This document shows, one piece after another, positions 1-8,107 of a stretch of 64,000 bases of DNA; position 1 is the first letter of the stretch, and each line of letters starts with the position of its first letter. The position numbers were made by a program, and so were the translations under genes. Origin of the DNA: Sumerlaeia bacterium (GTDB lineage Bacteria > Sumerlaeota > Sumerlaeia > SLMS01 > JAHLLQ01); NCBI GenBank assembly GCA_040219255.1, contig JAVJSW010000046.1:96001-160000 (forward strand), read 5' to 3'. The notes beneath the pieces were generated by a model. That model did no database searches. It was not told the origin of the DNA and saw nothing but the letters and a program-made list of their open reading frames with translations.

Positions 1-707
1 CCGTCCGCCACGGGTCCGTCGAGGCCCTGACGGACGTCAGCGTCCATATTCCCTGCGGCGAGTCGGTGGCGCTCCTCGGCCCCAACGGCGCCGGCAAGAG
101 CACGCTCCTGCGGGCCATCATGGGCTGGCATCCGCTGGCCAAGGGCCGTATCCTGATCGGCGACGATCACGCCCATCATCACCTGCCTCGCTTCGCCTAC
201 CTGCCCCAGCGTAGCCAGGTCGATTGGGACTACCCCATCACGGTCCGCGATGTCGTGGCCCAGGGCCGCTTTCCGCTCCTCGGGCCCTTCCGCCGTTTTT
301 CGCGGGCTGACCACGCCTTGGTCGACGACGCGCTGGACGAACTGCACCTCGCCGAGTTGCAGAACCGCCGCATCCATCAGCTCTCCGGCGGTCAGCAGCA
401 GCGCGTTTTCCTCGCCCGCGCCCTCGCCCAGGAAGCCGACATTTTCCTCCTCGACGAACCCTTCACCGGCCTCGATCCTCAAGCCCGCGACGACCTCGCC
501 GCCACCCTCAAGACCTGGCACCGCCAAGGCCGCACCATTCTGACCGTGGTGCACGACCTGCAAATCGCCCGCGAGGCCCTCGGCCAAGCCATCCTCCTCG
601 ACCGCCGGTTGATCGCGGCGGGGCCCTGCGAGCAAATCCTGACGCCCGACAACCTGGAAGCCGCCTTCGGTGCCCAAGTCCGCAACCGCGAGGCCGCCCG
701 TGTCTGA
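1..707 (+). CDS. Metal (Zn/Mn) ABC transporter ATP-binding subunit, 5'-truncated by window edge
   Basis: Walker A GPNGAGKST, signature LSGGQQQR, LLDEP, YLPQR..DWDYPITV typical of ZnuC/MntA; frame is open back to position 3. Confidence 0.93.
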   Translation, partial: VRHGSVEALTDVSVHIPCGESVALLGPNGAGKSTLLRAIMGWHPLAKGRILIGDDHAHHHLPRFAYLPQRSQVDWDYPITVRDVVAQGRFPLLGPFRRFSRADHALVDDALDELHLAELQNRRIHQLSGGQQQRVFLARALAQEADIFLLDEPFTGLDPQARDDLAATLKTWHRQGRTILTVVHDLQIAREALGQAILLDRRLIAAGPCEQILTPDNLEAAFGAQVRNREAARV

Positions 708-1587
708 TCTCTGGGGCGCCATCGCCGAACCACTCAGCTATCCCTTCATGCGCCGCGCACTCGTCGCCTCGATGCTTCTCGGCACCAGCGGCGGCCTCCT
801 CGGCTGCTACATCGTCCTGCGGCGCCTCAGCCTCATGGGCGACGCCCTGGCCCACAGCCTCCTGCCGGGAATGGCCATCGCCTATCTGCTCTTCGGTACC
901 AGCGTCTGGTCGTTGTTCGCGGGCGCTTTGGGAGCCGGGATGCTGACGGCGCTTGGCAGCGGACTCATCACGCGACTGACCCGCATCAAGGAAGACGCCT
1001 CCTTCGGCGCTCTCTTCCTGCTCTTCTTCGGCCTTGGAGTCGCCATCGTCAGCGCCGCCCGCGAACGCGTTCAGGTCGATCTGCTGCATTTCCTGTTTGG
1101 CGACGTGCTCGGAATCGCCAGTAGCGATCTCTACCTCGCCCTCGGCACCACATCGTTGACATTGCTCGCCTTCGCGGTGTTTTACCGCAACATCGCCATC
1201 GAGTCCTTCGACCCCATTTTCTACCGCAGCACCGGCCGCAGCCCGCTCCTGGCGCACTTGGGGATGCTGGCGCTGGTAGTGCTGAATCTCGTATCCGCCT
1301 TGCAGGCCATGGGTGCCGTGCTGGCCCTCGGGCTGTTCCTTCTGCCCGCCGTCACGGCCTACATCCTGTGCAACCGTTGGAGCACCATGCTGCTCCTCTC
1401 CGCCGTCATCGCCGTCCTCGGCAGCACTGGCGGCCTCTACGCCAGCTACCACCTCGGCATCGCCAGCGGCCCCTGCATCGTGGTCACCCTGGGCATTGTC
1501 TTCCTCACCGCCGCCCTCCTCAGCCCACGGGGGGTGCTGGGGCTGGTGATTTCGCCGAAACGCCGACCGGATTATCCGAAGAGGTAG
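700..1587 (+). CDS. Metal (Zn/Mn) ABC transporter permease (ZnuB/MntB family)
   Basis: SLMGDALAHSLLPG, LLHFLFGDVL and SFDP motifs; multi-TM; GTG at 700 overlaps upstream gene end. Confidence 0.92.
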   Translation: MSDLWGAIAEPLSYPFMRRALVASMLLGTSGGLLGCYIVLRRLSLMGDALAHSLLPGMAIAYLLFGTSVWSLFAGALGAGMLTALGSGLITRLTRIKEDASFGALFLLFFGLGVAIVSAARERVQVDLLHFLFGDVLGIASSDLYLALGTTSLTLLAFAVFYRNIAIESFDPIFYRSTGRSPLLAHLGMLALVVLNLVSALQAMGAVLALGLFLLPAVTAYILCNRWSTMLLLSAVIAVLGSTGGLYASYHLGIASGPCIVVTLGIVFLTAALLSPRGVLGLVISPKRRPDYPKR

Positions 1588-1654
1588 GGGGGCGGCTGCC
1601 GAGGTCTTGAGGACCGGGCGGAAACCTTTTGCGCTGACTCTGGTTTAACGAGGA

Positions 1655-2011
1655 TCAGCCCAGTACAATCCTTGACCGCAGGACCTCGCGGAACCTCAAC
1701 GCCGGAGGACTGAGTTCGCTTTCCTCCGCCTCGCCGTATTCGATCCAGAGCATGCGGACTTGCTCCAGCAGCTCGGCCCAAAGAGCTTCCCGTGTCGGGG
1801 CAAAGACATCGATCTGGAGTTCGTCGTACTCCAGGGACAAAAGGTGGCCCGATTCGCTGAGAAGGGGCCTGAGCACCAGAGGTTCTTTGAGCCTCAATAC
1901 CCGGCCGCCGCAGGGAATTTCTTGCAGGTACATGGGGACCAAGTTCTTTTTTTTCAAATCTGTGGAACCCCTGTCCTCTGTGCCGCTCTGTGTTGAAGAT
2001 TTCTCAGTCAC
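1655..2011 (-). CDS. Small hypothetical protein, possible HicB-like fold
   Basis: GTG start overlaps stop of upstream GT4 gene (GTGA, 2008-2011); pattern ELQIDVFAPTREALWAELLEQV resembles HicB N-terminal 'vfa.T.eea...l.e.l' motif. Confidence 0.55.
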   Translation of the reverse strand: MTEKSSTQSGTEDRGSTDLKKKNLVPMYLQEIPCGGRVLRLKEPLVLRPLLSESGHLLSLEYDELQIDVFAPTREALWAELLEQVRMLWIEYGEAEESELSPPALRFREVLRSRIVLG

Positions 2012-3201
2012 CCAACCGCCTCCTCCCAAACCCGCACCATCGCGTCGCGATGCGCCTCGATCGAGAACTTCTCCGTCGCCAGACGCCGCGCCTTTTCGCC
2101 CATGGCGGGCAGTTCCCCACGGTTCCCCCACGCTTTTTCCAAAACGTCCGCCAGACCCTCCGCCGTCACGGGGGAATGGGGGGGAGTGGGGGAGGCGGCG
2201 CCGTTCCCCACAATCCACCCGGTTTCGCCTTCGGCGATCAATTCCGGGATGCCTCCGATGGCCGAACCGATGGACGGCACGCCGAGCGCTCCGGCTTCGA
2301 TGATGGTGCGGCCAAAGCCTTCCTCGTCTGAAATCAGAAGATTGAGATCACAGGCGTTATAGAGGTCCAGGATGTCGTCCTGAAAGGGCACCCAGTGCAC
2401 CTTGCCCCGCAAATCCCCCGCTTCGATGCGCGCGCGCAGCGCCTCGCCGTAACCTTCCGTGCTCTTAAAAGCGTCGCCCGCCAGCAGCAGCCTCGCCGGA
2501 ACCCCTCGCGCGTTCGCCAGGGCCACCGCCTCGGCTGCCAGCAATTGGTTCTTGCGCGGGGAAATCAGCCCAAAGAGCCCGGCGATCAGGCATTCCGCCG
2601 GCCAGCCCAGCTCCGCCAGGAGGCGCTCGCGGGCGGCCCGGCGCCGTTCGGCGGAGGCTTGGAATTGCGATAAATCCACTCCGTTATAGACCACCCGGAC
2701 CCGCTCTTCGAGACCGGAGCCATCGAACAGCCGGCGGCAGGCCTCGCTGACCGCCACGATTCGGCAGCAGTGGCCCATGCGGTAGTTGCGAATCTGGCGG
2801 GGACTGATGCCGAGCCGCACATGCCCCACCACGGGGATGGATTTCTCCCCCGGATTCCCCCGCCAACTCCCCCGGATTCCCCCCGAACCCACCCGGGTGC
2901 CCTGGGGCACGCTGTGGAATTCGTTGCAGTGGATAACTCGAGGCTGGAAGCGGCGCACTTCGCGGGCGATGGCGGGAAGTTGAAGAAGCTCGGCTCGGAA
3001 CCGGCCGCTCAATTTGCGATAGGCACCATGGGCTATGACAGAAACCGGAGCCCCGCGATGTCGTAGCTCCTCCTCCAGCCCTCCCTGACCGGGACAGATT
3101 GTCAGCGTTTCATGTTGATTCGAGAGGGCTTGGATCAGCGCCAGAAGCGACCGCCGGGCGCCCAGGAGACGCACGCTGGGAGTCAAAAAGAGGATGCGCA
3201 T
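2008..3201 (-). CDS. Glycosyltransferase family 4
   Basis: MRILFL start, VVYNGVD, RKNQ, EEGFGRTIIEAGALGVPSIGSAIGGIPELI (E-x7-E motif). Confidence 0.92.
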   Translation of the reverse strand: MRILFLTPSVRLLGARRSLLALIQALSNQHETLTICPGQGGLEEELRHRGAPVSVIAHGAYRKLSGRFRAELLQLPAIAREVRRFQPRVIHCNEFHSVPQGTRVGSGGIRGSWRGNPGEKSIPVVGHVRLGISPRQIRNYRMGHCCRIVAVSEACRRLFDGSGLEERVRVVYNGVDLSQFQASAERRRAARERLLAELGWPAECLIAGLFGLISPRKNQLLAAEAVALANARGVPARLLLAGDAFKSTEGYGEALRARIEAGDLRGKVHWVPFQDDILDLYNACDLNLLISDEEGFGRTIIEAGALGVPSIGSAIGGIPELIAEGETGWIVGNGAASPTPPHSPVTAEGLADVLEKAWGNRGELPAMGEKARRLATEKFSIEAHRDAMVRVWEEAVG

Positions 3202-3328
3202 CGCGATTTGAGAGGCTCCAATTGCCGAAAACCGGCGGAAGATCCGGGCCATTCAAACCCCCGAAACGCTTCAAACGCAAGCCTTCCAATGCCCCGCGTT
3301 TTCCGTTCCCCACTCTTCCGGAAATCGC

Positions 3329-3404
3329 TTGACGGCCAGCGGCCCGGGAAGCACCTTCAAGAAGTCCGGTGGGGAATTCGCCCAAGCCGTGGGGTAACCG
3401 GGGG
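3329..3404 (+). promoter_or_regulatory. Putative dcw promoter with MraZ-box-like TGGGG repeats
   Basis: TTGACG at 3329-3334; TGGGG at 3370 and 3390 and GGGGG at 3400 (10-bp phasing), directly upstream of mraZ; MraZ is known to bind phased TGGG(N) repeats. Confidence 0.6.
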
Positions 3405-3425
3405 AGACGATTTCAGGATGCCTCG

Positions 3426-3902
3426 ATGACTCAACTCTCCGGCATGATCGAATGCTCCGTCGACGAACGCCATCGCGTCGCGATTCCCGCCAAAATGCTC
3501 AAGTGCATGAAGGCCATCGCGGGTGTGGACGAGAGCGATAAGTCGGTCCCCATGACGGTTGTGGTGGGCCTTTCTCTCGGGCGAAACCTCGGGGTTTTTC
3601 CCAAAAACGTGCACGACGATCTCGTCGCGTTCTTGAACGGCAAACCCAAGCATGACACCGATTGGAATCGCATTCGAACCTGGATTATCGGCACCGCGGA
3701 GGAACAGACGCTTGACAAGCAAAATCGAATCCGCATCCCCGCTCTCCTCGCGAAGAAGCTCAAGCTGCAAGGCGAGGTGGTGGTCACCGGAGTAGAGGAC
3801 CACATCGAGTTGATTGGCAAGGACGATTGGGAGCGCGAGTTCGACGAGTACATGGACGAGTTCGAGTCGGTCTTCCAGCGGGCTTCCGGAACGAGGCCCT
3901 GA
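3426..3902 (+). CDS. mraZ: Division/cell wall cluster transcriptional regulator MraZ
   Basis: Two SpoVT/AbrB repeats VDERHRVAIPA and LDKQNRIRIP, GVEDHIEL; first gene before rsmH. Confidence 0.93.
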   Translation: MTQLSGMIECSVDERHRVAIPAKMLKCMKAIAGVDESDKSVPMTVVVGLSLGRNLGVFPKNVHDDLVAFLNGKPKHDTDWNRIRTWIIGTAEEQTLDKQNRIRIPALLAKKLKLQGEVVVTGVEDHIELIGKDDWEREFDEYMDEFESVFQRASGTRP

Positions 3903-3941
3903 CCCTAAGAAATACGAGACTTTTTGCAGGAACGCAGACCC

Positions 3942-4961
3942 ATGATTTCGACGAAGGAGGCTCTCATCGCAACGCGACCGACGCACCACGTGCCCGTCAT
4001 GCTCGACGAGGTCCTCGGCGGACTCGCTCCCGCCCCTGGCTTCGTAGTCGCCGATGGGACCCTCGGCACCGCCGGCCATGGCGTCGCCTTCCTGCGCGCC
4101 CTGCATGGCGCCGGGGTGTTCGTGGGGCTGGATCGCGATCCGGATATGCTCGAGATCGCCCGCGGGCGCATCATGGACCTTTTCGACGCGGAACCGGAAC
4201 TGGCCACCACCCGCGTCATCCTGGCCGCCGAACCCTATGAGAACCTCGGCCGTGTGCTCGCCCGCGAGGGCCTCTCCGGCGCCGACGCCATTTTGCTCGA
4301 CTTGGGCTTCAACAGCTTACAGGTGGACGATCCGGAGCGGGGGTTCAGCTTTACGAACGACGGGCCCTTGGACGGGCGCTACAACGCGAGCGACCCCAAG
4401 TGCCGCACGATCGCGCAATTGGTGAACGAAGCGGCGGAGCTGGACCTGGCCGATTGGATCCGCCTCTATGGCGACGAGCGCTATGCCCGGGCCATCGCCC
4501 GCCGCATCGTGGCCCGCCGTGAGCGCCAGCCTTTCGAGCGCACCGCCGACCTGGCGGAGGTCATCTCCACCGGCTATCCGGTCAAGGAGCGCTACCGCTC
4601 GCACATCCATCCGGCAACGCGTTCCTTCCAGGCGCTGCGTCTGGTGGCGAACGATGAACTGGGCGGGGTGAAGCGCGGTATCGCGAATTGCCTGGGGGCG
4701 CTGGCGCCCGGCGGCAGGCTGGCCGTAATCGCCTACCACAGCGGCGAGGATCGGATCGCCAAGGCTCTCTTCGACGAAGCGGGCGCTCCGAAGGCCGATC
4801 CGTCGAACCCTTATGCGGCGACCACCACCGCCGGGTTGAATTTCGAGTTGGACCGCCGGTCGTCGGCGAAACCGTCTGCCGCCGAGGTCGTGCGCAATCC
4901 GCGCGCCCGCAGCGCCCGGCTACGCCTGATTCGCCGCCGCATCGCGGGAGGTGATCAATGA
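3942..4961 (+). CDS. rsmH: 16S rRNA m4C1402 methyltransferase RsmH
   Basis: HVPVMLDEV, DGTLGTAGH, LDLGFNSLQVDDPERGFSF, HPATRSFQALR, NPRARSARLR. Confidence 0.97.
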   Translation: MISTKEALIATRPTHHVPVMLDEVLGGLAPAPGFVVADGTLGTAGHGVAFLRALHGAGVFVGLDRDPDMLEIARGRIMDLFDAEPELATTRVILAAEPYENLGRVLAREGLSGADAILLDLGFNSLQVDDPERGFSFTNDGPLDGRYNASDPKCRTIAQLVNEAAELDLADWIRLYGDERYARAIARRIVARRERQPFERTADLAEVISTGYPVKERYRSHIHPATRSFQALRLVANDELGGVKRGIANCLGALAPGGRLAVIAYHSGEDRIAKALFDEAGAPKADPSNPYAATTTAGLNFELDRRSSAKPSAAEVVRNPRARSARLRLIRRRIAGGDQ

Positions 4962-5416
4962 GCGCCCGGTCCGCCTCGAATCCCAAGTCCCGCCGCGGTG
5001 CTTGCGCCAAGAAGGCCGCGCCGGTGGAAACGCCCAAGCCGCTGACGGCCGGGCCGCTGTGCGTCATCGCCGCCTTCGCCTCGCTGGCGATCGTGCTCGG
5101 GATGGTTCAGGTGTCGGCGAGTTTCGCCGCCCGGGATTTCGAGATCGAGACGCGGCGTATGCAGGAGTTGGCTTCCGTCGAGCGCGACGAGGTCAAACGG
5201 CTGGAAGCGCGATTGAGCCGTCTGGGGCGCGACGATTCGTTGCGGGCCGTGGCTCAGGAAGAATTGAAGATGGTGGAACCGCCCTCGGAAACGATCGGTC
5301 AAATCGCCATCGATCCCGTCCGCAGGCAGGCGTTGAGCCACGCGGCGGACGAAAAACTTCGAGAACTGGAAGCGGAGCGCGTGGATCTGGCGCGCTTGGC
5401 GAAGGAGGCCGAGTAG
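4958..5416 (+). CDS. ftsL: Cell division protein FtsL-like
   Basis: Basic N-terminus, single TM, coiled coil ending AQEELKM; ATGA overlap with rsmH; canonical position. Confidence 0.75.
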   Translation: MSARSASNPKSRRGACAKKAAPVETPKPLTAGPLCVIAAFASLAIVLGMVQVSASFAARDFEIETRRMQELASVERDEVKRLEARLSRLGRDDSLRAVAQEELKMVEPPSETIGQIAIDPVRRQALSHAADEKLRELEAERVDLARLAKEAE

Positions 5417-5447
5417 AGAAACTAAGGACCCTCAGACAGTCCGGTCT

Positions 5448-5823
5448 TTTCGACAAGATAAGGCCAGACAGGGCTAGCAAGCTGGTGTGATGGAGTTTTT
5501 TCCCGTTCCGTTACAAAGAAAGCGAATGTTCCCGTTCCAGGAGTTGCCTTGTGCCGTTCCGCCGACTCGTTCCCGCTCCGAGACACTCGCGTGTCTCAAC
5601 AGAAAAGGCTCAGTGGAAGTACCCAACCTCCCATTCGAGCTAAAGTCAAAACACCACGGTCTCGTGACCGATCGTTTTTGACCGAGTCGCTCCCGTTCCG
5701 GTTCCCTTTCCCGCTCCGTTCCAGTGTTGTCCATCACTCCAGTGGAAGTTCCGCCGTCCGTCATTTGGCAACCGTCGTTCGGCGACTCTTCCCGCTTCCC
5801 TGTCTGGCCCTATCTTGACGAAA
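5448..5823. ncRNA. Putative large structured non-coding RNA element in the ftsL-ftsI gap
   Basis: 26-bp terminal inverted repeat (24/26; 5448-5473 vs 5798-5823), nested helices 5482-5494/5730-5742 and 5563-5569/5683-5689, internal hairpins, repeated TTCCCG(T/C)TCC linkers; no credible ORF. Confidence 0.5.
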
Positions 5824-5871
5824 CCCGAAGGCTCGCTTCTTGGACCCAACAGTTCGAACGCTCGTCTTGAA

Positions 5872-5911
5872 TACAGTCATCGACTGTAAACACGACTCTC
5901 ATGTCTTTCAA
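5872..5911 (-). promoter_or_regulatory. Candidate antisense sigma70-type promoter overlapped by a palindrome
   Basis: Minus strand TTGAAA (5911-5906)-N17-TACAGT (5888-5883); palindrome TACAGTC-N3-GACTGTA at 5872-5888. Confidence 0.45.
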
Positions 5912-6052
5912 CAAGGGCGGCACGGACGTCAAGGAAGATCTCTGACAAACGGAGTCACCGACCAGGACCGCCACTAAAGCTTCGCCCCAAAAAGCCGTGC
6001 AACCCAAGCCCACGCTCCCTCTCCCGCTGATACCCCGCTGAATTTCCCCAGG

Positions 6053-8107
6053 GTGGCCGACATGTTGAAAAAGCACCATCGCTTCCGCGTTTTACTCTTT
6101 GGCTTCGCCTTCTGCGTCCTCACCGCCATGGTGATCGCTCGGTTGGCGAACCTCCAGATCGCCCGTCACGAGCAGTATCTCGAACGGGCCGATCGCCAGC
6201 AGAACAAGCGCGTGGTGGTGCAAGCTCAACGGGGCGATATCCTCGATCGGCGGGGGAGGCCGCTCGCCAACAGCGCGGGCACATTGTCCCTCTACACGGA
6301 CAATCGCTATCTGCGGCCTCCCCACGCCGACCTGGATCTTGGTGCTCTCGCCTATCAGATCAGCCATTACGCCGACCAGGACCCCGACTCCGTCCGGCGA
6401 CGGCTCGCCCGCGAGGGCGTCGTGCCCGTCGCTCGCCAACTCCCCCCGGAAAACGCGCACCAGATCGGCAACATCCTCGATGACTACGGCATCGATGGCC
6501 GCGGCTATTGGCTCCATCGCGAGAGCAAGCGTCTCTATCCGCGAGGCCTCGCGCCTCACATCATTGGCTTCTGCAGCACCGATGGCGATGGCGACAACAA
6601 GGGGCAGTCCGGCTTGGAACTCGTCTACAATGAGGTCATTCAAGGCCAGCGCATCGAGGCCCGCAGCCGCCGCACCGGCATCAGTCAGACCATGGACCCG
6701 GTCGAGTACGAGGACCTCTTGAGCGCTCAGGGCCACACGCTCCTTCTGACGATCGACTCCGCAATCCAGGAAACCGCTGAGAAGGCTCTCGCCCGCGCCT
6801 GCGAGGAATGGCAGGCGGACTCCGGCGGCGTCGTCGTCCAGGACGCCCGCACCGGCGGTATTCTGACCATGGCGTCCTGGCCGACATTCGACAACCAGGC
6901 CCCCGGCGGCGCCGAAGCCGATTTTCTCCGCAACCGCATGCTCACCGATCCGCTGGAAACGGGCTCGGTGGTGAAACTCTATACCGCCGCCATACTTCTC
7001 GACACGGACAAGATCCGCATCGACTCGCCGGTCGATTGCGAGGGCGGCCGGGCATACATCGACGGACGCCGCGTCAGCGATTCGCCTGGCCATTACCTCG
7101 ACACCGTTCCGTTCTACGAAGTGCTCCGCCACTCCAGCAACATCGGCATCATCAAGACCGCCCTCGCGCTGGAAAACGAGGAGTGGTATCGATACTTGCG
7201 CGACTTCGGCTTTGGCCAGAAAACGGGCATCGATCTCCCCGGCGAGGGTGCCGGCCTGCTTTACCACCCGGACCGCTGGACCAAGTTCAGCCGCACGTCC
7301 CTGCCGATGGGTTACGAGATCGCCCTGACACCGATTCAGATCACCAACGCCATCACGGCGCTGGTCAATGGTGGCGAAGTACTGGAACCGTATGTTGTCG
7401 CCGAAGTCCGCGACGCCCGCGGCAACGTCGTCGAACGCCAGTCCCGCACCGTCGTCCGCCGAGTCATCCGCCCCTCCACCAGCTTGCAGATGCGGTACGT
7501 CATGGAGGATGTCGTGGTGAATGGCACCGGCAAGAAAGCCCAAGTGCCAGGTTTTCGCGTCGGTGGTAAGACCGGCACCACGCGCAAGAGCCACGTTCTG
7601 ACCCACCGCGAGTACATCGCGTCCTTTGCCGGCGCCCTCCCCATCGACGATCCCCGGGTGACGATCTACTGCTACATCGATAATCCCAAGGGTGCCTACT
7701 ATGCCTCGACGGTGGCGGCGCCGCTCTTTCAGGAAGTGGCCCAGGCCAGCGTCGTCCACCTCGGACTGGTGCCCTCGGAAACGGGTGGCGAAAAGGCCGC
7801 GCCGGTGCTGGAGGAGTACTTCGGCAAGTCTACCAAGACGATGGCCAAACCGAAGACTCTCGACGATCTGCCCGATCCGACGGACATGCCCAACTTGACT
7901 GGCCTGACGATGGCGGCGGCGCGCAAGGAACTACCCCCCACCGCCCGCAACGTGCGATTCATGGGCTCCGGGCGCCTGGTCGATCAGGTTCCCGCCGCCG
8001 GAGAAAGTGTGTCCGAATCGACCATGGTGGTCTTGACATTCTCCCCGCCCGCCCCGGCTTATGCGGATGTTTCCCCCTCGAACGCGAAAGGCCGCTCCCG
8101 CCGATGA
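6053..8107 (+). CDS. ftsI: Penicillin-binding protein FtsI/PBP3 with C-terminal PASTA domain
   Basis: N-terminal TM, RGDILDRRG, R.YP, GLE; transpeptidase SVVK / SSN / KTGT; PASTA-like MPNLTGLT...DQVPAAG. Confidence 0.95.
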   Translation: MADMLKKHHRFRVLLFGFAFCVLTAMVIARLANLQIARHEQYLERADRQQNKRVVVQAQRGDILDRRGRPLANSAGTLSLYTDNRYLRPPHADLDLGALAYQISHYADQDPDSVRRRLAREGVVPVARQLPPENAHQIGNILDDYGIDGRGYWLHRESKRLYPRGLAPHIIGFCSTDGDGDNKGQSGLELVYNEVIQGQRIEARSRRTGISQTMDPVEYEDLLSAQGHTLLLTIDSAIQETAEKALARACEEWQADSGGVVVQDARTGGILTMASWPTFDNQAPGGAEADFLRNRMLTDPLETGSVVKLYTAAILLDTDKIRIDSPVDCEGGRAYIDGRRVSDSPGHYLDTVPFYEVLRHSSNIGIIKTALALENEEWYRYLRDFGFGQKTGIDLPGEGAGLLYHPDRWTKFSRTSLPMGYEIALTPIQITNAITALVNGGEVLEPYVVAEVRDARGNVVERQSRTVVRRVIRPSTSLQMRYVMEDVVVNGTGKKAQVPGFRVGGKTGTTRKSHVLTHREYIASFAGALPIDDPRVTIYCYIDNPKGAYYASTVAAPLFQEVAQASVVHLGLVPSETGGEKAAPVLEEYFGKSTKTMAKPKTLDDLPDPTDMPNLTGLTMAAARKELPPTARNVRFMGSGRLVDQVPAAGESVSESTMVVLTFSPPAPAYADVSPSNAKGRSRR

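Noticed and set aside
5474-5849. Small ORFs inside the ftsL-ftsI gap, or identity as tmRNA, RNase P RNA or group II intron
   Set aside because: ORFs merely translate the TTCCCG repeats; no tRNA-like CCA end, no GAGGAAAGTCC RNase P motif, no domain V motif seen; no target-site duplication supporting a MITE
6092-7759. Long antisense or alternate-frame ORFs (also 8059-9939, 12245-13936, 26287-28404, 30995-32695, 49974-51650, 56087-57832, 63177-63944)
   Set aside because: Each overlaps a well-supported gene and has low-complexity or shadow-type composition
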